64,000 nt of DNA, from NCBI GenBank assembly GCA_048213135.1, contig PS015009.1, forward strand, positions 930,001 through 994,000, in the 5' to 3' direction. Each line of letters starts with the position of its first letter. Position 1 is the first letter of the stretch. Made by a program: the position numbers and the translations under genes. Of the stretch, positions 17,333-26,039 are shown in pieces. Under the pieces are notes generated by a model. It did no database searches and had not been told where the DNA came from. It saw only the letters and a program-made list of their open reading frames with translations. This DNA is from Reclinomonas americana ATCC 50394. Lineage: Eukaryota.

Positions 17333-19441
17333 ATGAATCAACAAGACAGTAACAGGAAATTCAATCCCGACAATATACCCCCGAAGGGAGATGATCCGCA
17401 GAAGAAAAAAGGCAGGTTCAATATTTATTGGATCTACGGGATCATATTTGTGGGCATCGTGGGTTGGAACCTGTTCCGGGGCGTAAGCAATTCCGGCATC
17501 GAAATGAACCAGCAGAACCTGAGCGAACTGCTGAAGGCCGGCGATATTGACCAGGACCCCAAAAAAGAAAAGGAAAAAGAGAAGACCGGCATTGTGGTCA
17601 TCAAAAATAAATCGGTTGTACGCGTTTTCCTCAACAAAGACAGTGTAAAGAACAAGGAAACCTTCTACCGCACTTTCCTCAGCCAGTCGGATTACGACGC
17701 GCTGAAGAAAGCGGAAAACCCACAGCTGTACTTCACCATTGCCAAGCCGGAAACCTTCGCTACACAACTCGACGAGTTGTACAAAAACGATCCCGGTATT
17801 ACCAAAAAAATATTACCTAACTACACCGAAGAAGGCGAAATTTTCGGCCAGATCATCAGCACCCTGCTGCCCATCCTCCTCATCGGTTTGTTATTCGTGA
17901 TGATGATGCGCAAGGTAGGCGGACCCGGTGGTGGTGGCGGTCCCGGTGGCATTTTCAACATTGGCAAGTCCAAAGCCACGCTGTTCGATAAGGGCACCCG
18001 TGTTAACATCAACTTCGGCGATGTGGCCGGTCTGGATGAAGCCAAAGTGGAAGTAATGGAGATCGTTGACTTCCTGAAAAATCCCAAAAAATATACAGCT
18101 CTCGGCGGCAAAATACCCAAAGGCGCCCTGCTGGTAGGCCCTCCCGGTACAGGTAAAACCCTGCTGGCCAAAGCCGTTGCCGGCGAAGCGCAGGTGCCTT
18201 TCTTCAGCCTCAGCGGTTCCGATTTCGTGGAAATGTTCGTAGGCGTGGGTGCCAGCCGTGTACGCGACCTGTTTAAACAAGCCAGGGAAAAAGCCCCTTG
18301 TATCATATTCATTGATGAGATTGACGCCATTGGCCGTGCCCGTGGTAAAAATGTAATGATGAGCAACGACGAAAGGGAGAATACCCTGAACCAGTTGCTG
18401 GTGGAAATGGATGGCTTCGGAACGGATCTCGGCATCATCATCCTGGCGGCCACCAACAGGCCCGACGTACTCGACAGCGCCCTGCTGCGCCCGGGTCGTT
18501 TCGACAGGCAGATTTCCATCGACAGGCCCGACCTGGTGGGAAGGGAAGCCATTTTTAAAGTGCACCTTGAACCCATCAAAGTAGCGGCCTCACTGGATAT
18601 TCATAAACTGGCCGAACAAACGCCTGGTTTTGCCGGTGCCGATATCGCCAATGTTTGTAACGAAGCGGCATTGATCGCGGCGAGGAAAGGGAAAGATTCG
18701 GTAGATATGGCCGACTTCCAGGATGCGATCGATCGTGTGATCGGCGGCCTGGAGAAAAAGAACAAGATCATTTCTCCCGAAGAAAAAGAGATCATCGCTT
18801 ACCATGAAGCAGGACATGCTATCTGCGGCTGGTACCTGGAACATGCGTACCCGTTATTAAAAGTGACTGTAGTGCCAAGGGGTTCTGCGGCGCTGGGTTA
18901 TGCGCAATACACGCCAAAAGAACAGTACCTCTACAATACCGATCAGCTGATGGATCAGATTTGTATGACATTGGGCGGAAGGGCGAGTGAAGATATCTTC
19001 TTTGGCAAGATCAGTACCGGCGCCAGCAATGACCTGCAGCAGATCACCAAGATCGCTTACAGCATGATTACCGTGTACGGTATGAATGAAAAAGTGGGTA
19101 ACATCAGCTATTACGATCCCAACCAGGAGAACGTGTTCACCAAACCATTCAGTGAAGAGACCGGTAAAATGATCGACGAGGAAGTACGCAAACTGATCGA
19201 CGACGCTTACATTAAAACCAAGGCCCTGCTCACTGAGAAAAAGGCCGACGTTGAAAAACTGGCGAAAGAACTGCTGAAAAAAGAAGTGCTGTTCAAAAGC
19301 GATGTGGAAGCCCTTATCGGCAAAAGACCTTTTGAGGAAAAGAAAGCGCTTGATATCGATAACAAAGAGGGAGAGGAATCTGTGGTGGAACCACCTGCTA
19401 ACGGAATGCCTGAAACGCTGAAAGAGCCCCCGGCAATTTAA
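17333..19441 (+). CDS. ftsH: ATP-dependent zinc metalloprotease FtsH
   Basis: Two TM segments, [18 protein letters not shown] motif [25 protein letters not shown]. Confidence 0.97.
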   Translation: MNQQDSNRKFNPDNIPPKGDDPQKKKGRFNIYWIYGIIFVGIVGWNLFRGVSNSGIEMNQQNLSELLKAGDIDQDPKKEKEKEKTGIVVIKNKSVVRVFLNKDSVKNKETFYRTFLSQSDYDALKKAENPQLYFTIAKPETFATQLDELYKNDPGITKKILPNYTEEGEIFGQIISTLLPILLIGLLFVMMMRKVGGPGGGGGPGGIFNIGKSKATLFDKGTRVNINFGDVAGLDEAKVEVMEIVDFLKNPKKYTALGGKIPKGALLVGPPGTGKTLLAKAVAGEAQVPFFSLSGSDFVEMFVGVGASRVRDLFKQAREKAPCIIFIDEIDAIGRARGKNVMMSNDERENTLNQLLVEMDGFGTDLGIIILAATNRPDVLDSALLRPGRFDRQISIDRPDLVGREAIFKVHLEPIKVAASLDIHKLAEQTPGFAGADIANVCNEAALIAARKGKDSVDMADFQDAIDRVIGGLEKKNKIISPEEKEIIAYHEAGHAICGWYLEHAYPLLKVTVVPRGSAALGYAQYTPKEQYLYNTDQLMDQICMTLGGRASEDIFFGKISTGASNDLQQITKIAYSMITVYGMNEKVGNISYYDPNQENVFTKPFSEETGKMIDEEVRKLIDDAYIKTKALLTEKKADVEKLAKELLKKEVLFKSDVEALIGKRPFEEKKALDIDNKEGEESVVEPPANGMPETLKEPPAI

Positions 19442-19446
19442 CCACC

Positions 19447-20061
19447 ATGAGCGTATCTCCGGCAAAAGAAAATATTCTGAAAAAAATCAGGCAGGCACTG
19501 AGTAACCCGGTGCCTTTGCCTTTTCCCAACAGTGAAGGAACGAATTCCGTTTTTCACCCGGCGCAGGACGACCTGGAAGTGGTTTTTGCGCAGGAGTTCA
19601 CGCAACTGCAGGGCAAATTCGCTTTTTGTACCGATGAGGCGGACATGCAGCAGCAATTGCAGCAGCTCATCAGCCAGAAACAATGGACAAAGATCTTTTG
19701 TAACGACGACCGCTGGAACCCTGTGTTCAGCAATACCATCAGCCTGGCCACCTGCGACGCGTCCATTACCGGTTGCGAATACCTGGTAGCCCGCACCGGC
19801 AGCATCGTACTAAGCGCAGCCCAGCAAGGCGGCCGTACGGTAAGCGTATACGCCCCAATTCACATCTGCATCGCGTACACCAGCCAGTTGCTGTACGACG
19901 TAAAGGATGCCCTGCAGGCATTGAAAGAAAAATACAATGGCAACATTCCTTCTTTCATCAGCTTTGCCACGGGGCCAAGCCGCACGGCCGATATTGAAAA
20001 AACACTGGTAACCGGCGTTCACGGACCTAAAGAAGTGTACTGCTTCCTGGTGGATTCTTAA
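19447..20061 (+). CDS. LutC/YkgG (LUD domain) family protein
   Basis: TGPSRTADIEKTLVTGVHGP motif. Confidence 0.88.
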   Translation: MSVSPAKENILKKIRQALSNPVPLPFPNSEGTNSVFHPAQDDLEVVFAQEFTQLQGKFAFCTDEADMQQQLQQLISQKQWTKIFCNDDRWNPVFSNTISLATCDASITGCEYLVARTGSIVLSAAQQGGRTVSVYAPIHICIAYTSQLLYDVKDALQALKEKYNGNIPSFISFATGPSRTADIEKTLVTGVHGPKEVYCFLVDS

Positions 20062-20137
20062 TCCCGGCGAAGGAGGGATCTACCGACTGGAGGCATCTCC
20101 GGCCCATTGAAAAGATTCTTCCTATCTTTATTGTGTT

Positions 20138-20566
20138 ATGAGTACAGGTATTTTTCAACTGTTTGTATATGGCTCGCTGCGCAGCGGGTTCCGCACACCG
20201 GCGTATCAATACCTCACCAGGTATTTCAGCCTGGTGGGAGAAGGTATTGTAAAAGGAAAGCTATTTGAAAAAGGTAACTACCCCGTTGCCGTACCAACCG
20301 ATGAGGACAAATTCATTTTGGGTGAGTTGTACCGTATCAACGAACCGGCACAGTTTTCCTGGGCTATTGAGCAACTCGACGATTATGAAGGATTGAATGT
20401 AGAAGAAGGCGAAACGCCCCTTTATAAAAGAGAAGCAGTTAAAGTACTGGTGAACGGTGAGGAATCCGATACCTGGATATACTGGTACAACGGAGATGTG
20501 GAAGGAAGACCCGAAATACTCACCGGCGATGTGCTGAAGTATTTGCAGGACAAGCATAAACCCTGA
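20138..20566 (+). CDS. Gamma-glutamylcyclotransferase family protein
   Basis: LFVYGSLR, GELY and LDDYEG motifs. Confidence 0.88.
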   Translation: MSTGIFQLFVYGSLRSGFRTPAYQYLTRYFSLVGEGIVKGKLFEKGNYPVAVPTDEDKFILGELYRINEPAQFSWAIEQLDDYEGLNVEEGETPLYKREAVKVLVNGEESDTWIYWYNGDVEGRPEILTGDVLKYLQDKHKP

Positions 20567-20572
20567 TTGAAT

Positions 20573-20665
20573 CAAAAAGTAAAAAATCAAAAGTAAAAAG
20601 TGAAAATTCAAAAGTGGTTCATCATAAGCAGCTTTTTGAGTTTTTAATTTTGAATTTTTAATTTA
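20573..20665. repeat. Inverted pair of degenerate heptamer arrays ((T/C)AAAA(A)(G/T) vs its complement)
   Basis: caaaaagtaaaaaatcaaaagtaaaaagtgaaaattcaaaag ... ctttttgagtttttaattttgaattttta. The same family occurs at 23437-23510. Confidence 0.65.
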
Positions 20666-20671
20666 TTCTGA

Positions 20672-21427
20672 ATGGCGGATAACGGGAATAAAAAGGTCTA
20701 CTTTCTTTCGGACTTCCATCTTGGCGCTCCCAACGCGGCAGACAGTCTTGTTCGTGAAAAGAAGATCATCCGTTTTCTTGACGAGATCCGCCACAACGCG
20801 AAAGCCATTTTTATTGTAGGCGATCTTTTTGACTTTTGGTACGAATACAAAAAAGTAGTGCCCAAAGGTTATGTACGTATACTCGGCAAAATGGCCGAGA
20901 TCACCGACAGCGGTATTCCCATTCATTTTTTTGTAGGCAACCACGATATGTGGATGAAAGATTATTTCCAGCAGGAACTCAATATCCCTGTTTATTTTGA
21001 ACCACACCCTTTCGAATTTTATGGCAAGAAATTTTTAGTGGGGCACGGCGACGGGTTGGGGCCCGGCGATCATGGTTACAAGTTCATCAAAAAGATATTC
21101 CGCAACCGTTTCAGCCAGTGGCTCTTCGGCATACTGCCTCCGTATATTGGCATGGGTATTGCCCACTACTTCAGCAGGAAAAGCAGGGCGCAGACCGGTC
21201 AGACCGACGAAGTATTTTTGGGAGAGGATAAAGAGTGGCTCATTATTTATTGCCGGGAAGTGCTGCAGAAAGAGTACTACGACTATATGATATTCGGTCA
21301 CCGACACCTGCCCATCGATTGCCAGCTGAACGACAAAAGCCGCTACATCAATCTCGGCGACTGGATCAAATATTTCAGCTATGCCGTTTTCGATGGCAAA
21401 GAACTGGAACTGAAATACTATTCATGA
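20672..21427 (+). CDS. lpxH: UDP-2,3-diacylglucosamine diphosphatase (LpxH-like metallophosphoesterase)
   Basis: SDFHLG, GDLFDFW, GNHD, HGD, GHRH and NLGDW motifs. Confidence 0.85.
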   Translation: MADNGNKKVYFLSDFHLGAPNAADSLVREKKIIRFLDEIRHNAKAIFIVGDLFDFWYEYKKVVPKGYVRILGKMAEITDSGIPIHFFVGNHDMWMKDYFQQELNIPVYFEPHPFEFYGKKFLVGHGDGLGPGDHGYKFIKKIFRNRFSQWLFGILPPYIGMGIAHYFSRKSRAQTGQTDEVFLGEDKEWLIIYCREVLQKEYYDYMIFGHRHLPIDCQLNDKSRYINLGDWIKYFSYAVFDGKELELKYYS

Positions 21428-22248
21428 AAAAATCATTCTTCTTCATTGCCTGTAGTATCATCGGCCTTTTGCCAGTGATGACATCCGTTGCGCAGAATGA
21501 TTCTGTTTTCCGTTCCGTTAAATATATTCCCGGCGATTATACTTACCTCAATGTTGACAACCTCGACAATATTTACCTATTCACCGCCAGCACAGGTCAG
21601 CTGAAAAAACGCACCGCCAATGGCGATTCCGTAGGTGTATTCAATGACGTGAAGAAATACGGTATCCCCGCTTTCATTGATGTAACCAATCCTTTAAAAT
21701 CCCTGTTATACTACCCTTCCTATTCCACCGTTCTCATGCTCGACCGCCTGCTGAACAGCCGCAACAGCATCAACTTCAGGAAGCAGAATATTTTTACCGT
21801 AAAGGCCATTGCCATGTCGTACGACAACAACATCTGGCTTTTTGACGAGCAGGACCTCAAACTCCGTAAGATAGATGACGAAGGCAAACCGCTGATGGAA
21901 ACCACCGACTGGCGCCGGCTGTTCGATACCGTGCCTTCACCTGTACAGATCATCGATCGCAGCAATTTCGTTTACCTGTACGACCCCGAAAAAGGTTTTT
22001 ACATATTTGATTACTACGGCGGCTTCAAGAACAGGCTGCATTTTCTTCACTGGACCAATGTAGAAGTGTCGGGCAGCACCATGTACGGCTTCACCGGCGA
22101 TACCCTGTACAGTTACCAGCTGAATTCCTTTGCACTGAAAACCTATAAACTTCCGGCTTATTTCTCCGGGTACAGGGCCATCAAAGCCATCAACGGCAAA
22201 GTATACGTACTCAAAGATGACGGTGTTCACATCTACGAGGTGAAGTAA
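21424..22248 (+). CDS. Secreted hypothetical protein, probably beta-propeller-like
   Basis: The ATG at 21424 overlaps the lpxH stop (ATGA). Signal peptide MKKSFFFIACSIIG; repeated VDNLDNIY / DNNIWLFD / FVYLYD strands. Confidence 0.75.
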   Translation: MKKSFFFIACSIIGLLPVMTSVAQNDSVFRSVKYIPGDYTYLNVDNLDNIYLFTASTGQLKKRTANGDSVGVFNDVKKYGIPAFIDVTNPLKSLLYYPSYSTVLMLDRLLNSRNSINFRKQNIFTVKAIAMSYDNNIWLFDEQDLKLRKIDDEGKPLMETTDWRRLFDTVPSPVQIIDRSNFVYLYDPEKGFYIFDYYGGFKNRLHFLHWTNVEVSGSTMYGFTGDTLYSYQLNSFALKTYKLPAYFSGYRAIKAINGKVYVLKDDGVHIYEVK

Positions 22249-22341
22249 TCGAGGTCAGTCTTCCTCAATCACTAAAATGATAATTTTTACAGCAACAGCA
22301 TAACGGGTGTTATTCCTGAACAGTAATTCGTAATTTGGCGT

Positions 22342-23439
22342 ATGAATTTTTTCGACAGGATATTTTTGGACAATACCGTGCAGAGTTATTGTATTGTGGC
22401 GGGCTCCATTCTGCTGGTGGTGTTTTTAAGGCGATACTTATCGAGGTATATCGCAGCACTCGTGTTCCGTATTGTACACCGCATCTGGAAGGATATCAAA
22501 AAAAAGGATTTCGTTGACCTGGTGGTGCAACCCCTGGGCTGGTTCCTTGTGGTGCTGGTGACCGTATTCGCTATTGACAAACTGAATTTTCCCGGCGACT
22601 GGCGGTATACGCTTTATGGACATTCTACCGAAGAGATCATCAACAAGCTGGGCATGGGCATCATCATTGTCAATTTTACCTGGCTCATCCTTCGCTTTAT
22701 CGACTTCATCGCCCTGGTGCTGGAACAAAGGGCCACACTTACCATTGAAAAAAGTGACGAGCAACTGATCGTTTTCTTCCGCGATTTTTTGAAAGTGATC
22801 GTAGGCATACTGGGCCTGCTGCTGCTGATCAAAGCCTGCTTCAACCAGCCCATTGGCAACCTGCTTACCAGCCTGAGTATCGTTGGCGCCGTGGTAGCCC
22901 TTGCCGCAAAAGAAAGCCTCGAAAACCTGATCGCTTCCTTTATCATATTTTTTGACAAACCCTTTGCCACCGGCGATACGCTGAAAGTAAACGCGTTTAC
23001 CGGCACCGTGGAAAGGATCGGCCTCAGGAGCACCCGCATCCGCACCGCGGATAAAACACTGGTAACTGTACCCAACAAACAGATGGTAGACAGCGTAGTC
23101 GACAACTGGAGCATGCGTACACACCGCCGTGGCGAAATGAAACTGGAATTATCGCCCGCCACCCCTTCAGTAAAAGTGAAAGAAACATTCGACGCGATCA
23201 GCGGGTTCATCAATGGAAAGGCAGACAGCTTTACTTCCTCTTCCGTTTTTGTAACAGACATTACCAAAACCGGCGTTACTATTACCGTGGAATTTTTCAC
23301 GCAGCCGGTAACGCTTGACCAGTTCAATCATATTCGCCAGGACATGGTGATCTCGCTGAAAAAAATGATGGAAGACCTGCAGGTAGAAATGGCGGCAACC
23401 GGCAATACGGTTACCATCATCAATGAAAGCAAAGAATAA
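22342..23439 (+). CDS. MscS-family mechanosensitive channel
   Basis: Multiple TMs; DKPFATGD..GTVERIGLRSTRIRT..VPN motif. Confidence 0.9.
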   Translation: MNFFDRIFLDNTVQSYCIVAGSILLVVFLRRYLSRYIAALVFRIVHRIWKDIKKKDFVDLVVQPLGWFLVVLVTVFAIDKLNFPGDWRYTLYGHSTEEIINKLGMGIIIVNFTWLILRFIDFIALVLEQRATLTIEKSDEQLIVFFRDFLKVIVGILGLLLLIKACFNQPIGNLLTSLSIVGAVVALAAKESLENLIASFIIFFDKPFATGDTLKVNAFTGTVERIGLRSTRIRTADKTLVTVPNKQMVDSVVDNWSMRTHRRGEMKLELSPATPSVKVKETFDAISGFINGKADSFTSSSVFVTDITKTGVTITVEFFTQPVTLDQFNHIRQDMVISLKKMMEDLQVEMAATGNTVTIINESKE

Positions 23440-23514
23440 GTAAAAAGTCAAAAGGGGATTCTTTCTATTCGTTCTTTTTTTAATTTTTACTTTTGACTTT
23501 TTAATTTATTAATA

Positions 23515-24033
23515 CTACTGGTTCAGCATAGCCGCTAACTCCTTATCCCACTGTCCCGTTTTACCATACTCCACCACGCGGCCGACTTCTTTTCCATTCT
23601 TCATCACAATAATGGTAGGTACATTGGTAATGCCAAAAGCATCTGTTATGGAGGACAAGGATTTCTTTTCGCGGTTTACGGCGAAAAAGCTGATGGCGGT
23701 GTCTTTCACGCCGCTCATCTCCTGCAGTTTGAAAAATTTGGGAAGGATGAATTGGGTGTCTTCGCACCAGGTGCCGCCAAACACGACGAACTGAACTTTA
23801 TCTTTCGCTTTTTCAAAAGCATTGAGTGTTGCCGTATCAGGTTTGTAATAAGACTGGCTGCTGTTGAACCATTTGTAGGAACTGTCGTTCTGCACCAGGT
23901 ATTTATTAACGATACCCCGCATGATGTGCTGCTCGGGATGTTTAGGATCGGGCGTACTTTCATATTGAGCCTGGGCCGCGGCGGAACCGCTTAAAGCACC
24001 GGCTAATGCCAGGGCCATAATAATATGCTTCAT
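23515..24033 (-). CDS. Secreted thioredoxin-like protein
   Basis: GTWCEDT (WCxD) and cis-Pro VPT motifs; signal peptide. Confidence 0.85.
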   Translation of the reverse strand: MKHIIMALALAGALSGSAAAQAQYESTPDPKHPEQHIMRGIVNKYLVQNDSSYKWFNSSQSYYKPDTATLNAFEKAKDKVQFVVFGGTWCEDTQFILPKFFKLQEMSGVKDTAISFFAVNREKKSLSSITDAFGITNVPTIIVMKNGKEVGRVVEYGKTGQWDKELAAMLNQ

Positions 24034-24134
24034 CTGTTGTGTCGGTTATATGGTGGAGGAATAGATTCGCCGGTCATGGCAATAAAGATCGCATCTTTTG
24101 TAAAACCCAAAACAAGTATTTCGTTAATCGTAAG

Positions 24135-24728
24135 TTATAGACCGGCTTTCAGCTCGTGAAGGAATGACCGCATTTTTTTAAGCGACTCGATCATCGCGAA
24201 TTTCTCTTCCGCTTTTTTGTTTTGTTTCAGAAAGTCTTTAGCGCCTTCCATCGTATACTTACGTTCCCGCAGGAGATGGTAGATCAGTTTCAGGTTCTTT
24301 ACATCTTCGGGACGGAACAGGCGGTCACCTTTGCCATTCTTCCGGGGTTTAAGGATATCGAATTCATTTTCCCAGAAACGGATCAGGCTCTGGTTCACCC
24401 TGAACATTTCCGAAACAGAACCGATGGAGTAATACATTTTCTGAAACAGCACTTCATCTTCAGGTACAGCCACCAGGTCGGCAGCGGCTTCCATATCTTT
24501 CACACTCATGCGGCCGCGGGTGCTTTTACGTTTAAGCTTAACCGTTACTTCCGGGGCTGATGTAACGATCTCTTCTTCCAGGGAAATAACAGCTTCTTCT
24601 TCCACGGGTTGTTCTGCCATTACGGGAGCCACAGGTTGCTTTTCCTCCTGCTTCACTTCCGCCGGCGGCGCATCAAAGTCAAACGCTATTTGTGTAAGGG
24701 CCATACTTAAAGTTAGGTCATTTTTCAA
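24135..24728 (-). CDS. MerR-family transcriptional regulator with an acidic N-terminal extension
   Basis: YYSIGSVSEMFRVNQSLIRFWENEF...GDRLF MerR HTH. Start uncertain. Confidence 0.85.
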   Translation of the reverse strand: MKNDLTLSMALTQIAFDFDAPPAEVKQEEKQPVAPVMAEQPVEEEAVISLEEEIVTSAPEVTVKLKRKSTRGRMSVKDMEAAADLVAVPEDEVLFQKMYYSIGSVSEMFRVNQSLIRFWENEFDILKPRKNGKGDRLFRPEDVKNLKLIYHLLRERKYTMEGAKDFLKQNKKAEEKFAMIESLKKMRSFLHELKAGL

Positions 24729-24882
24729 TTGGTAATAATACCGGTGCGGATTGATAGCGCCTCAGTGATAAACTCTACCACCAAGCGGCTAAGGCCACAA
24801 AGGGTTGCCAGGTACAATAGATACTTAACGCTCTTCGTGTTTTTGCGGGAAATATATTCAAACTGAGACATTATCGCGGTTG

Positions 24883-25854
24883 TTAGTCGAGGCTCTTGGC
24901 GCTGCCTGTTGCTGCCATTTTCAGCAGGCGGTCGTATTGTTCTGCATTCAAATCGTTGTAGAAGAAATATACGGGATCAACCGGCGTACCGTTGATGTGC
25001 ACTTCATAGTGACAATGCGGACCGGTACTGGCGCCGGTGTTACCCACCCAGCCAATTACCTCTCCGCGTTGTACATGCTGCCCGGCGCGGGCTTTTATCC
25101 GCACCATGTGCATATACACCGTTTCATATCCATACCCATGGTTGATGATCACGTGGTTACCCGTTCCGGAACCCAGGCCCGCGGTAGTTACGGTTCCATC
25201 TCCGGTAGCATAGATAGGTGTGCCCTGCGGCGCTGTAAAATCCAGCCCGTTGTGCATTTTTGCTATACCGTAAATAGGATGTATACGCATACCGAAACCG
25301 CTGGCAATACGGGTGAGTTCTTTATTGCTTACCGGCTGAATGGCGGGGATACTGGCCAGTTTGGTTTCCTGGTTGTTGATGAGTTTTTCGATGGCGCCAT
25401 AACTCTCGAACTGGTAAGCCGCCCTGGCAGTGATGCTGTTGAGCGTTTTGGCGATATCGCGGCTCAGTTCATCATCGCCCATTACATTGACCTTATCCAG
25501 CTCCTTTTTTTGTTCGATCTGTTTGGAACGGGCACTGTCTGACAAAGGATTGGCTTCAAAAATAGAGCGGTACACTTCATTGTCGCGTTTCTCCAGTTCG
25601 GCCATTTGCTGCTGCAGGGTCTTCACCTTACCGTTGAGTACTCCAAAATTGTCTTTCAGTACGTCGTATCTTAATTGCAGTTCCTTATCCGTAGCCTTGG
25701 GAACAAACCGGGTATATATCCAGATGATGATAGCGGAGGTTACCAGCGCCGCCGATATGAAACCGAACATACGCAGCAGTTTTACCCGCAGGGGTGTCAC
25801 CAGTTTCTCGTAACGGAGCGTATTGGTATTGTAGAAATACTTAATTTTTTTCAT
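24883..25854 (-). CDS. M23 family metallopeptidase
   Basis: HNGLDF, YMHM and TGPHCHYE motifs; start set at MKKIKYFY (ATG 25854). Confidence 0.9.
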   Translation of the reverse strand: MKKIKYFYNTNTLRYEKLVTPLRVKLLRMFGFISAALVTSAIIIWIYTRFVPKATDKELQLRYDVLKDNFGVLNGKVKTLQQQMAELEKRDNEVYRSIFEANPLSDSARSKQIEQKKELDKVNVMGDDELSRDIAKTLNSITARAAYQFESYGAIEKLINNQETKLASIPAIQPVSNKELTRIASGFGMRIHPIYGIAKMHNGLDFTAPQGTPIYATGDGTVTTAGLGSGTGNHVIINHGYGYETVYMHMVRIKARAGQHVQRGEVIGWVGNTGASTGPHCHYEVHINGTPVDPVYFFYNDLNAEQYDRLLKMAATGSAKSLD

Positions 25855-25958
25855 AAACCCTGGGAGGTAGGAAGAGCATGCTTGAAAATGAATTCCCTGT
25901 TTTGCGCCCGGCACCACTTTCAGCCCATAACCGATATATAACACAAACCTTAAATGCC

Positions 25959-25966
25959 TATCTTTG
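25959..25966 (+). promoter_or_regulatory. Bacteroidota -7 element upstream of alaS
   Basis: TATCTTTG. Confidence 0.6.
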
Positions 25967-26039
25967 CCGCCACAAAACAAAAGTCTACAAATATAGGCCC
26001 ATAAATAACAAAAATCAACCCATTTAAACCTTTTGGTAT

